From an uncultured virus (IMG/VR IMGVR_UViG_3300046170_000409) (Duplodnaviria > Heunggongvirae > Uroviricota > Caudoviricetes), in IMG/VR virus record IMGVR_UViG_3300046170_000409: 64,000 nt of DNA; one strand, 5' to 3'. The position numbers were made by a program, and so were the translations under genes. Below, piece by piece: positions 38,039 through 47,662 of the stretch (its first letter is position 1; every line of letters begins with the position of its first letter). Under the pieces are notes generated by a model. The model made no database searches. It saw only the letters and a list, made by a program, of their open reading frames with translations, and was not told the origin of the DNA.

Positions 38039-39048
38039 ATAAAAAATTTCTCCAATCCTATATCTTTGTTCTCATTAGAAAAAGTGCCCATGTGGTCAAT
38101 CTTTCCTGTTTCTAAGAATATCTCCATTCTATCCTTTTTTATGGAATTTGTCAAGTAGTTTTTTCGTAAAGTTTCTTCCCTTGCATCCCACAGGGGTTTC
38201 CAGTCAATACCATGCCAATTATCCTTTTCAACTTTCTTGATTTCCTCTGCTTGTCGGTCGATATAATACCCAAGATATCTTCCATCTCTTTTTCTAAAGA
38301 GTTTCTTAAATGAACATAAGCAAGTTTCCATTGCAAAGTAATCTGCTTTATTTGCAACATTTGGAAATCTTCTTTTGGTTTCTGTTAGTAATTCTTTTGC
38401 CTCATTGTTAAGAATGTTTATTTGATTCTTATCCATATGTTGGTCGACCCACTCGTCTTCACCGATAGCGAAACAGAGTCCATTTCTATGTGACTTGCTC
38501 CCTGAGTAGTCATGCAACCAGAGATTGTCAATGTCAAGATTAACACCAGCACAATGTTTGAGTGTTTGAAGATAAAACCACGAAGTGTATCTACCAAACT
38601 TGTGCCAACTGTTTGCCACTTCCCAAAGATTTTTAAAATTTTCATATGGATCCTCGCTTGTATATTCATTAAATCTTTCATGTTGTGTTTTATTTCCAAC
38701 CCATTTTTTATATGATAGAAATTGGTCAGGTAAATGTCCTTTGTTCCATTTTGTATCAGTTTGATATCTAAGTCTTGCATAGTTTTTATCATTCCATTTT
38801 TTTAATCGATCTATGCCAACTAATTCCATATCAGGAAATTCATTCCAAATTAAATATGCAGTTGGAAAATGATATGTTGTTCCATACAACCAAACTAACC
38901 AATACTTTTGTTCAAGATTATATTCAAACCTATCAAAGAAATAATTGGTCATGTATAATGCACTATCACAATCTTCTAAATCTAGTGACCAACCAAACCA
39001 ATTGATAAATGCTTCTTTGCGATTTTCTTTTAATCTATAATCTAACAT
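38035..39048 (-). CDS. aGPT-Pplase clade-2-like (amino acid:DNA transferase, HhH-glycosylase fold) protein
   Basis: FGRYTSWFYLQ, SHRNGL, ETCLCSFKK, RYLGYYIDRQ. Confidence 0.75.
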   Translation of the reverse strand: MLDYRLKENRKEAFINWFGWSLDLEDCDSALYMTNYFFDRFEYNLEQKYWLVWLYGTTYHFPTAYLIWNEFPDMELVGIDRLKKWNDKNYARLRYQTDTKWNKGHLPDQFLSYKKWVGNKTQHERFNEYTSEDPYENFKNLWEVANSWHKFGRYTSWFYLQTLKHCAGVNLDIDNLWLHDYSGSKSHRNGLCFAIGEDEWVDQHMDKNQINILNNEAKELLTETKRRFPNVANKADYFAMETCLCSFKKLFRKRDGRYLGYYIDRQAEEIKKVEKDNWHGIDWKPLWDAREETLRKNYLTNSIKKDRMEIFLETGKIDHMGTFSNENKDIGLEKFFI

Positions 39049-39713
39049 TATTGTTCCATAAATTTATCAAGTGTTGCTGAATTGTTGTCATTGACTAAAT
39101 AGTCTCTCAACCAAGACACACCAACTGATTCTATTGCTTGTTCAACTCTTGCCTTTTTTTTCATTCCAAACTTATGAGATTCTAAACCTTCACTTAATAA
39201 TCTATCAATAACTTTTTGGTCTTTTGGAAAAGCAATGTTAGGATTTTCTATTGCTTGTTCTCTAAATTTAAGTTGTTCTGCTTTTGAAGAATATAATGGT
39301 TGGTCACTACGCAATGAACCTGAAGGATCTACTGCCCAAAAAATAAGTCCATTACGATTATGCCATGTTACAGAAGATGGAGTGCAAGATAATTTTAATC
39401 TTCTCATACCATCTGCATAAGCAACACCCATAACTTCTTCCCAAATTTCTGTGGCATATCCTTTGCCCTCTTGACCATCCATAGTTACGATTTCATATAG
39501 ATTAATATACTTAGAATTATTACTGAATGTAGCAAAAACCATTGCAACAGGTTCACCACCTTTCTTCATTACGAATGGTGGATGTTTATCATAATTTTTA
39601 AATCGATACCATAGATTATGAGATGAAGATAAGAACTTTGTGTTCTTACCCTCTGGATTTAAAGTTTCTATGAGTTCAACAATATTTTCACTTTTCTTTA
39701 TTCTGTCTAGCAT
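39048..39713 (-). CDS. GNAT-family acetyltransferase
   Basis: EIVT..GQEGKGYAT (acetyl-CoA motif A). Confidence 0.7.
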   Translation of the reverse strand: MLDRIKKSENIVELIETLNPEGKNTKFLSSSHNLWYRFKNYDKHPPFVMKKGGEPVAMVFATFSNNSKYINLYEIVTMDGQEGKGYATEIWEEVMGVAYADGMRRLKLSCTPSSVTWHNRNGLIFWAVDPSGSLRSDQPLYSSKAEQLKFREQAIENPNIAFPKDQKVIDRLLSEGLESHKFGMKKKARVEQAIESVGVSWLRDYLVNDNNSATLDKFMEQ

Positions 39714-40369
39714 TGTAAGTCTTGCACACCCTCTGGTACATCTATTGAAATCTTTTCTAATTTGTTATTATATTGATACTCTACAAACATACCACATTTC
39801 TTTGAAGAAGTCAAGTTACTTCTATATGCAATATCTTTTGTTGATGTAAATACAATACCATTATTCAATTCAGTATACCACAGTGGTCTTGCTTCATTAC
39901 GATATGCAACAATTGTTTTATCTTTTAATAGTTCAACAACTGCCATACTTGATGGGCGAAATTTTGTTAATGGTGTTTCTTTATGTTCTCTTGCACGAAG
40001 AATTAATTCGCTGTCATTTGGTGTTTCAGTTTTATAACTCCATGTACTAGGATCTTCTTGAGATATAACACCATTATGCACAACTGAAATTTCTTTATTA
40101 AAAAATGGTTGATTATGTTCTAATGTTGATGTTGAATATCTTATATGACCAATACATGACACACTACCATCTTTATCAACAATTTGTTCAAAATCAAATT
40201 TATCTAAGAATACATCTGCTGGAATAGATTCTTTGTGTGTCTTTAATTCTCCATCATAAACATATGTTATGCCAGTCGCATGTTTACCACGAATCATTGA
40301 CTGTTGAAACAAATTACGAATTACATTTAAATTCGCATCTTTCATAGATATTCCAATTACACCACACAT
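39707..40369 (-). CDS. Stand-alone class II (Ntn) glutamine amidotransferase
   Basis: N-terminal MCGVIG, RGKHATG, GHIRYST, HNG, DSE. Confidence 0.88.
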   Translation of the reverse strand: MCGVIGISMKDANLNVIRNLFQQSMIRGKHATGITYVYDGELKTHKESIPADVFLDKFDFEQIVDKDGSVSCIGHIRYSTSTLEHNQPFFNKEISVVHNGVISQEDPSTWSYKTETPNDSELILRAREHKETPLTKFRPSSMAVVELLKDKTIVAYRNEARPLWYTELNNGIVFTSTKDIAYRSNLTSSKKCGMFVEYQYNNKLEKISIDVPEGVQDLQC

Positions 40370-40378
40370 ATTATATTC

Positions 40379-41161
40379 CTATTGATAATGACAATCAATT
40401 ATATCTCTTAATATTCTATCAAAGTCATTTAAATGAATCATGTTTGCACCATCACTTGGAGCATTATCAGGATTGTCATGCACTTCCATAAAGAAATCAG
40501 AAATGCCTAATGCAGATGCAGCACGTGCTAGTCCAGGAACATATTCTCGATTTCCACCAGAAGATCCTCCATTAGCACTTGGTTCTTGAACAGAGTGAGT
40601 TGCATCAAATATAAGACGTGCACCAGCATTGTGCATCATATAATTCAGACCAGCAAAATCTACAACTAATCTATTGTATCCAAAAGAAGTGCCACGTTCA
40701 GTTATCCAAACAATATTTTCATAATCACATGTTTTACTCATTATTCCTTCAACATCCCATGGAGCAAGAAACTGTCCCTTTTTAATGTTGACTATTTTCC
40801 CTGTTTCAAGTGCTGCAACAATTAAATCTGTTTGTCTACAAAGGAATGCAGGTATCTGTAAAACATCAACAGCATCATCAAAATATTCTTTTATCTTTTC
40901 AACTTGTTGCACTTCATGAACATCTGTAAGTGTTTTTAATTTTGGCATTGCCTTTTTCATTCTACGAAAATCATTTAGTGTTTGTACTAAACCTTGTCCA
41001 CGTTTCCCATCAATGCTTGTACGATTTGCTTTGTCGTAACTTGCTTTGAAAAAGTATTCATCAATTGCTTTATATTTGTTGCAAATTTTTGCACAATGTT
41101 TTGCAATTTTTAAACTGTGCTTATAAGATTCATGTTGACATGGTCCAGCAATTATTTTCAT
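40379..41161 (-). CDS. kdsA: 3-deoxy-8-phosphooctulonate (KDO8P) synthase
   Basis: IAGPC, KASYDKANRTS, QIPAFLCRQTDL, KKGQF, ERG, DATHSVQ. Confidence 0.93.
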   Translation of the reverse strand: MKIIAGPCQHESYKHSLKIAKHCAKICNKYKAIDEYFFKASYDKANRTSIDGKRGQGLVQTLNDFRRMKKAMPKLKTLTDVHEVQQVEKIKEYFDDAVDVLQIPAFLCRQTDLIVAALETGKIVNIKKGQFLAPWDVEGIMSKTCDYENIVWITERGTSFGYNRLVVDFAGLNYMMHNAGARLIFDATHSVQEPSANGGSSGGNREYVPGLARAASALGISDFFMEVHDNPDNAPSDGANMIHLNDFDRILRDIIDCHYQ

Positions 41162-41502
41162 GATTTGCTACCAGATGTTCTACGTTTAATATCATTGTGA
41201 TTAAATTCTGCCCAATATAATTCAAATGCCACACCATCTTTCAGTCCTTCAAATTGATGATATGCTCCAGGTTTTACTTGAGTAAAATCACCTGCTTTCA
41301 AAATTGTTTCATCAACCAATCCTTGGTCATCTTGCCAAACACGAACAATCATTTCACCAGACTCAACAAAGAATCCATTCCACTTGTATTCATGTTTATG
41401 TTCAGAACATTTGTATCCTTTTTTATATTCAATACGATGAAATTCTAATACACCATTTGCATGTATAAGTTCTGTTTGTCCCCATACTTTACCTGCTTTC
41501 AT
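41158..41502 (-). CDS. Cupin-domain protein
   Basis: KVWG, CSEHKH, HQF. Confidence 0.8.
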   Translation of the reverse strand: MKAGKVWGQTELIHANGVLEFHRIEYKKGYKCSEHKHEYKWNGFFVESGEMIVRVWQDDQGLVDETILKAGDFTQVKPGAYHQFEGLKDGVAFELYWAEFNHNDIKRRTSGSKS

Positions 41503-41512
41503 TTCTTCTCCT

Positions 41513-42169
41513 TTAACAATTTCTGTATGCGATGTGTTTTATATTTGGAACGAGCATCACAACATATTCATTTCCATGAGTATAACCTTTTTCACTTAAT
41601 TTGTCAATGATTATTTCTCTTTTTGATTCAAAATCTCCACAGTCTCGTATTTGTATTGCAACTTGACCAGTCTGTTTAACACATCCCTCAAATAACATAA
41701 ACCAATCATCACCAAATGATTCATAGTTTCCGAGAACCTGTGCAGTTTCTTTTGTCCAGTCAAATGGTTGAAGACTCTTAACAATTTCTTGGGCATGTTT
41801 ATCAGAATCAAATTCTTTTAAATGCCAGTCAACAGTTTCTGGTTTTTCAAACATATTATTTGTATCATCATATCGACCATCTTCAATTGTATCCATCCAA
41901 ATTGTAACATTTGCTTTTACAATTTCTCTATACTCTTGAAGTGGACATACAAAGTCTAATACAACGAATTGTTTCTTAGACTTTTCACTAAGTTCTTTCA
42001 TGCGATGTGCTTGGCGAAGTCTACCCTCAACACTAAAGTCCCAATCATTAAATTTTGTTCGGACACTGTCTGCATTTATATGCTCTGCACCAAGTTTCTG
42101 TGCAATTTTATTAGCGAGTGTAGACTTGCCAGATCCTGGAAGTCCAAAAACTAAAATAGTTTTTGCCAT
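41513..42169 (-). CDS. Adenylylsulfate-kinase-like P-loop kinase with a C-terminal extension
   Basis: GLPGSGKST, NADSVR, DFSVEGRLRQ, FVCP, FEKP. Confidence 0.75.
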   Translation of the reverse strand: MAKTILVFGLPGSGKSTLANKIAQKLGAEHINADSVRTKFNDWDFSVEGRLRQAHRMKELSEKSKKQFVVLDFVCPLQEYREIVKANVTIWMDTIEDGRYDDTNNMFEKPETVDWHLKEFDSDKHAQEIVKSLQPFDWTKETAQVLGNYESFGDDWFMLFEGCVKQTGQVAIQIRDCGDFESKREIIIDKLSEKGYTHGNEYVVMLVPNIKHIAYRNC

Positions 42170-42174
42170 CTAGA

Positions 42175-42276
42175 TTAACACCAAGGACAGAAAAGTGCAT
42201 ACACTACTGTAAGTATCAATGCATACACAGCACATTCTACAAATGGTGTTCCATTATTATAGTCATCTGTTCTCAT
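42175..42276 (-). CDS. Small membrane peptide (33 aa)
   Basis: Translated by hand: MRTDDYNNGTPFVECAVYALILTVVYALFCPWC; GGAGG RBS. Confidence 0.55.
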   Translation of the reverse strand: MRTDDYNNGTPFVECAVYALILTVVYALFCPWC

Positions 42277-42291
42277 ATTGCCTCCATTATA

Positions 42292-42540
42292 TTAATTGTA
42301 CTTCATCAAACCTTTTTCTACAAAAGATTCAACTAATTCTTTATAACCACCAATTAGTCTACCCTCTAGTTTGACTTGTGGTAAGGTTTTGTATTGCGTT
42401 CCAACTTTTCTTTTAAAATCTTTTTCAGATTCAAAATCTTCAAGTTTGTATTCTTTAAATTTTATTTCCATATCATTAAGAAGAGTTCTAATTTTATCAC
42501 CAAATAAACTTCCTTCTCTTGTGTATAATACTATTCTCAT
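42292..42540 (-). CDS. Glutaredoxin-fold protein lacking cysteines
   Basis: IVLYT...TLPQV...IGGY retained; the CxxC position reads SLFG. Confidence 0.7.
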   Translation of the reverse strand: MRIVLYTREGSLFGDKIRTLLNDMEIKFKEYKLEDFESEKDFKRKVGTQYKTLPQVKLEGRLIGGYKELVESFVEKGLMKYN

Positions 42541-42692
42541 GATTTAGACTCATATGTTTTCTTTTCATTTCCAGGATGATATAATGCACCTACTGTAGTG
42601 CCTTTCTTCTTAAATATCTTTTCATAATTATCTCTATATGAATTATTATTTTCAGGTCGCCTTTTGCTACCTTTACCATTAGTTGATTTCAT
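42537..42692 (-). CDS. Small basic protein (51 aa)
   Basis: Translated by hand: MKSTNGKGSKRRPENNNSYRDNYEKIFKKK...; overlaps both neighbours. Confidence 0.6.
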   Translation of the reverse strand: MKSTNGKGSKRRPENNNSYRDNYEKIFKKKGTTVGALYHPGNEKKTYESKS

Positions 42693-43330
42693 CATAATGT
42701 TTCACCCTCCACGTTATTAACCAACCAATCAAGACAATTATCAATCTGGTCTTGTTGCCATGTGCTTATATAATCGTACTTGTTGTCTTCGAATTCTTCC
42801 TGACATTTCTCTCCTAATTCATTATCAAACCACCATTCTTCTTCTTCATCCCAACCTTTTTTGAGTTCAGGATATTCAGCAAAAAGTGCATCATGAAGTT
42901 CATTACCATCAAGATCTGAACCATCTTCCATTCCTTCAGATGAGTATACTGTCCAACCTACAAAGTTTGGCATCTCATCATCATATACCATTGTTGCAAT
43001 AATATTTTCATCATATTCTTTTAGAATGTTTATGAGTTTCATAATTGCTTCTTCTGGTGCACACCATGCAGAGTCAAGAGTAAAATGTGGTCTAGTTTCA
43101 GTTACATCCCAATCTGTTAGGTAACACCATTTTGAACCAAGATGTTTTGTTGTCCACTCAAACTTCTCTGTATCTTCATATGTTGTATTCTCATCAACAA
43201 AGATATCAGCAAACCATTTATAATCATGTGAGTTAGTATGTCTAAGATTCTCAAACATTTGATATAATTTCTTAGAAGCATCTTCATTAATGCGTTCAAA
43301 CGTAACATGTGAGTTTACATGATTTGCCAT
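42692..43330 (-). CDS. Acidic hypothetical protein
   Basis: MANHV...GSKW...SAWCAP...DEMPNF; family not confidently recognised. Confidence 0.7.
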   Translation of the reverse strand: MANHVNSHVTFERINEDASKKLYQMFENLRHTNSHDYKWFADIFVDENTTYEDTEKFEWTTKHLGSKWCYLTDWDVTETRPHFTLDSAWCAPEEAIMKLINILKEYDENIIATMVYDDEMPNFVGWTVYSSEGMEDGSDLDGNELHDALFAEYPELKKGWDEEEEWWFDNELGEKCQEEFEDNKYDYISTWQQDQIDNCLDWLVNNVEGETL

Positions 43331-43549
43331 TTACTTTTTCCCCTTTGTTTTTGCGTCTGCATATTCCCAATAATCTTCACCAACACCATTTCTAAGCAAA
43401 CAAAACCCTAGACTACCTTTGTTATCTTCATAAACAAATTGTGAATCTAAAATTTGTGATACTTTACCTCTTCTCACTTTATTATTTAAGTGAGGCAATG
43501 TGTGTTTTATTTCATCTCCAACTTGTAACGTTTTTTTTCTCATTCGCAA
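43331..43549 (-). CDS. Hypothetical protein
   Basis: 72-aa ORF within the operon. Confidence 0.65.
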   Translation of the reverse strand: MRMRKKTLQVGDEIKHTLPHLNNKVRRGKVSQILDSQFVYEDNKGSLGFCLLRNGVGEDYWEYADAKTKGKK

Positions 43550-43764
43550 TCAGGTTCCTCATCTTCAGTAGATATTTCTTCCTCTGTGCCTGTAGAATTG
43601 TTTTTAATTGTAACTTTCACATTTTCTAAATCCTGTGTCATTAATACTACAGGTCTAGGATTTTCCACATCATTAACAAACATTCTTATTGTTGTTGTTT
43701 CTGCTCTAGATATTGTTACACAAAAAACTAAAGCAAGTATTAACGCAAATGTACTTAGTTTCAT
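43540..43764 (-). CDS. Small secreted/membrane protein
   Basis: Signal-peptide-like N-terminus; AGGAGG RBS. Confidence 0.65.
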   Translation of the reverse strand: MKLSTFALILALVFCVTISRAETTTIRMFVNDVENPRPVVLMTQDLENVKVTIKNNSTGTEEEISTEDEEPDCE

Positions 43765-43776
43765 ATTTCCTCCTTT

Positions 43777-44292
43777 TTAAATTGCATTTCTTTTCCTCAT
43801 TCTATCTAATTTAACTTTTTGTCTCCTTGCTTTTTCAAGATGAATCGTATTCATTCTTTGAGTATAAACAATTCCTTGACAATGGTCATACTCGTGTTGA
43901 AAAACTCTAGCATAAAAACCAGATATATTTACTGTTTCAACAACACCCAATGGATTCGCAAATCTTGCACGAATCGTATTAGATCTCTTTATTTTACCAA
44001 ATAATCCTGGAAAAGTCAAGCACCCCTCTTCACCAAGTATAATATCTTTTGAATAGTCTACAATCTTAGGATTCACAACACACACTATATCGTCTGGTTT
44101 TGCGTATTCTCCCATTACAAACACAGAGTATGGTATACCTACCTGAATCGCTGAAAGACCGACTCCTCGCCTCTCTGCCATTGTGTCGCACAGTTGTTCG
44201 CATAGGTTCTCTAAATCCATTGGAGGATTGTCAAAATCCCATTTTTTTGTTGGTTCTCTGAGTAATGGGTCGTGTTGTTCTAAAAATTTCAT
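43777..44292 (-). CDS. def: Peptide deformylase
   Basis: GVGLSAIQVG, EGCLT, QHEYDH. Confidence 0.95.
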   Translation of the reverse strand: MKFLEQHDPLLREPTKKWDFDNPPMDLENLCEQLCDTMAERRGVGLSAIQVGIPYSVFVMGEYAKPDDIVCVVNPKIVDYSKDIILGEEGCLTFPGLFGKIKRSNTIRARFANPLGVVETVNISGFYARVFQHEYDHCQGIVYTQRMNTIHLEKARRQKVKLDRMRKRNAI

Positions 44293-46007
44293 TCTACTAT
44301 CCTACTAAAGTTTTTATATTTTTCAAATCTGATGGAACTTCTAAACTTATCAGTCAATATATCCCCTTTGTGTGAGATAACAAAGACATTGGTCTCATTA
44401 CTAACTTCCTGTAGAAGTTTAAGAAACTCATCACAACCAGAAGCATCCAGTGATGCATCAAATACTTCATCAAGTAATAGTAAGTTTGTGTTTGTTGAGT
44501 TTTTAAGTTTAGCAACTGCTCTCCATGTAAATAATAAAGCAAGGTCAATTCGTAATTTTTCTCCCTCTGAAAAACTTGCATAAGAAAATTCATCACGATG
44601 TCGACTCTTAATAATTTCATTAAACTCTTCATCCAATTCAAACTGAACAAAGAAGTCTAGTGAAGCAAGGTATTTATTTACCAACTTGTTAATGATTGGA
44701 ACATATTGTCGAATAATCTTTTTCTTAATACCACCATCTCGTAACATCTCTGTTGCAATTTTATATACCTCTGAATCCTTTGAAAGATTTTCTGTTTGTG
44801 ATTCAAACTCTTTTAATTCTGTTTCTAAAATTTGTATTTCACTTGCAGGACTATGCTCATCATTACTATCAACATCTTTTATATTGTTCAGTTTTTCTTG
44901 TACTCTTTCTGCATTTGTTTTGTAAGATGAAATAGATGTTTCAATATCTCGCCAATTTTGTTGTAAAGAAGTAATCTGTGTTTGCACAGAAGTAATACGT
45001 TCAAGTTCTTTATCAAGAGATTCTTGCTGTCGTTTTAATTCATCAATTGCACCTGAAGTTTCTTCTGCAGTATGTTGTGTTTTTTCAAGTTGTTTTGCTT
45101 TTGCTGTTGCCTCTATAACTTGTTCACATGTTGGACAATTATCATGATTCTCATAGAAGTGAATTCGTTTTTCAGTTTTAGAAATCTTGTCATGAAGTTT
45201 CATCATCAACTCAGATACCTTACTAGATTTTTTATTTACTTTATCTGCATTTGAAATAGAATCTGACAATTCATTAATTTTATCCATGACTTCTTTTTGT
45301 TCTTCTAATGCATTTACTCCTTGCTCTGACCAATCTTTCAATTCATTTCGTAATTCTTCTTTTTGCTTTGCAACATCTGCTTCAAGTTTTGCAAGATATT
45401 CTTTTTGTACTACTATTTTATCTTCACGCAGATTAATTTGATATTCAACTTCTTGTTTATCTTTTTTGTTTGATGCCATGCGATCTTTTAACAAGACATT
45501 CATGTTACTAAAGATTTGTATATCAAGTAAATCTTCAATCACTTCTCTTCTGTCTTTAATTGACAGTTGCATAAATGGAGTAAATGATGCATTACCAAGC
45601 ACAACAATCTGAGTGAATGATTTGAAATTAAGTTTTAGAATAGTTTCCTCAAGAATTTTTTGATAGTCTTTATTTGCTCCAGGTTGAGGAATTAATTCAC
45701 CATCTTTAAAGATTTCAAACTTAGTGGGTTTGTAACTTCTTCTAACTTTATATTCTACATTACCAATTGTAAATTCAACTTCAGCATGACAGTCTTTTTG
45801 ATTAATAGAGTTAATCAGTTGGAGCATTCGTATGTTTCGGAAAGGTCTGTTGAACAATACCCAGCAGAGTGCATCAAGGATAGTTGATTTCCCTGCACCA
45901 TTTTCTCCGACAATGATTGTGGTCGGACTTTTGTTTAGTTGTATTTCTGTAAATACGTTACCAGTGGAAAGGAAATTCTTCCACCGAATAGATTTGAATC
46001 TTATCAT
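44289..46007 (-). CDS. 46: Recombination endonuclease ATPase subunit (gp46, Rad50-like)
   Basis: GENGAGKST, CPTC zinc hook, FSEGE, LLDEVFD. Confidence 0.97.
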   Translation of the reverse strand: MIRFKSIRWKNFLSTGNVFTEIQLNKSPTTIIVGENGAGKSTILDALCWVLFNRPFRNIRMLQLINSINQKDCHAEVEFTIGNVEYKVRRSYKPTKFEIFKDGELIPQPGANKDYQKILEETILKLNFKSFTQIVVLGNASFTPFMQLSIKDRREVIEDLLDIQIFSNMNVLLKDRMASNKKDKQEVEYQINLREDKIVVQKEYLAKLEADVAKQKEELRNELKDWSEQGVNALEEQKEVMDKINELSDSISNADKVNKKSSKVSELMMKLHDKISKTEKRIHFYENHDNCPTCEQVIEATAKAKQLEKTQHTAEETSGAIDELKRQQESLDKELERITSVQTQITSLQQNWRDIETSISSYKTNAERVQEKLNNIKDVDSNDEHSPASEIQILETELKEFESQTENLSKDSEVYKIATEMLRDGGIKKKIIRQYVPIINKLVNKYLASLDFFVQFELDEEFNEIIKSRHRDEFSYASFSEGEKLRIDLALLFTWRAVAKLKNSTNTNLLLLDEVFDASLDASGCDEFLKLLQEVSNETNVFVISHKGDILTDKFRSSIRFEKYKNFSRIVE

Positions 46008-46023
46008 ACTCTAGTTGTTGTAG

Positions 46024-47085
46024 TTATACTTCCATATGCAATGCTTCATTATATAACGATCTCATCAAAATGTCAAGTTCTTTTTTAGGAATATCACCAC
46101 CCAATCCATCAATGTGTTTGGACAGAATAGTTAATGTGTCCTCTGCTTCATTGACAATATCAGAATCATCTTCTAAATTGAGATTCAAATGGTCATCAAC
46201 AACCTGTATATTGACAGGTTCAACTTTGACTAATTCATCCATAAACTTGTCAAACCAATATGGATTGTTCACTGAGTTCTTAACAACTTTTACATATGAA
46301 TTTTTATAAGGAGTAAAGTCTGTTGCAAGAATTTCATCTAACTCTTTGTTTTCGTCAGAATAAAATATTTTATGAAACATAGAATATGGATTACGAATAA
46401 ATTCAAACTCACGTGTGTCAGTATCGAAGATATGAAATCCTTTTGGATCTTGATAATCTGCCCAAGTTAATTCATAGGGACAACCAAGATAATGAATATT
46501 CTGTGTTGTGTTTTTATGATGGAAATGACCAGAAGCAACTGTATCAAATTGTTTGAAGTCTGAAATTTCTAGACCATGTTCATTTGTTATACCACGCATC
46601 ATTAAACAACCTGCAATCTCAAGATGTCCAAACAATATTTGTGCAGGAGTTTCTCTCATTGCTTGCATTGCTTCATCATAGTTCTCACTATTAATCCATG
46701 GCATTAATAAAATATCACAACCATCATAATTTTTAGTGATTGGTCCACTGTAATATTTTATATCTTGTTTATCAAATAATTCTGCCATTGAGTTGATGTC
46801 ATTACTGTTCTTATAAGGAACATCATGATTACCAATCAATACATCTAGATTATATCCATCGTTTGTTACTCTATTAATGAATGTGTCTTTAAAACGACGC
46901 AATGTAGTATAAGAAATAAATTTTCTACGATCGACAATATCACCCAAGTGAATGATATCTTTAATACCATTGTCTTCAAGATAAGGAAAAAATGTAGTGT
47001 TATAAAATAAGTCAAAGTAATCTAAAAAACTTCGACTGTCATTTCTTACACCCCAATGGGTATCTGTGATTAATGCTATCTTCAA
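46024..47085 (-). CDS. 47: Recombination endonuclease subunit (gp47, Mre11-like); TTG start
   Basis: DTHWG, GD, GNHD, GH, SGHFH. Confidence 0.96.
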   Translation of the reverse strand: MKIALITDTHWGVRNDSRSFLDYFDLFYNTTFFPYLEDNGIKDIIHLGDIVDRRKFISYTTLRRFKDTFINRVTNDGYNLDVLIGNHDVPYKNSNDINSMAELFDKQDIKYYSGPITKNYDGCDILLMPWINSENYDEAMQAMRETPAQILFGHLEIAGCLMMRGITNEHGLEISDFKQFDTVASGHFHHKNTTQNIHYLGCPYELTWADYQDPKGFHIFDTDTREFEFIRNPYSMFHKIFYSDENKELDEILATDFTPYKNSYVKVVKNSVNNPYWFDKFMDELVKVEPVNIQVVDDHLNLNLEDDSDIVNEAEDTLTILSKHIDGLGGDIPKKELDILMRSLYNEALHMEV

Positions 47086-47086
47086 A

Positions 47087-47653
47087 TTATTCTCCTACAA
47101 CAGCATTTTCAGTTTTTTTCTTTTTTGGTTTCTTCCTTTTAGTTTCTTCAAAATCCTTAATGAACTTTTCCATATGTTCTTCAGTCCATTCACCAAATTT
47201 AATACCATCATTATAATTTGTGCCTTTATCCTGCTCTTGTCTATCTGCAGTTTGTCCTGTCACATTAAAATGTTGAGATGCTTTATATTTTGTATACAAG
47301 TATTTCTTTTCTTTTTGTATTCTTCTTAGGAACGCATAGTATATAATTTGTGTGAAGTATGCAAATGGATTATTTGATTTGTCTGGATTGAAGTTATCAA
47401 TATATTGTAAACAGTTCTCAATACCATCACTAATCATCTCTTCACGAAATGAATAGTTCATGAAGTTTGGTTTGAATGATAGATGTGTGGCAATTTTCAT
47501 AATACAATCAGCGATGTAGTATGGTACTTGAGGTCTTTCTCTTTTATCCTCAGTTGCTTTACTTACTTTTTCACGATATTCTATCATTGCTTGTAAAAAC
47601 TTTTTGTTGTCCACGTAATTAGGACGTTTTCTTTTTTCTTCCCTTGTTGCCAT
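47087..47653 (-). CDS. 55: Late-transcription sigma factor (gp55)
   Basis: YVDNKKF, EMISDGIENC, NPFAYFTQIIYYAFLRRIQKEKK. Confidence 0.96.
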   Translation of the reverse strand: MATREEKRKRPNYVDNKKFLQAMIEYREKVSKATEDKRERPQVPYYIADCIMKIATHLSFKPNFMNYSFREEMISDGIENCLQYIDNFNPDKSNNPFAYFTQIIYYAFLRRIQKEKKYLYTKYKASQHFNVTGQTADRQEQDKGTNYNDGIKFGEWTEEHMEKFIKDFEETKRKKPKKKKTENAVVGE

Positions 47654-47662
47654 GTTTATCTC

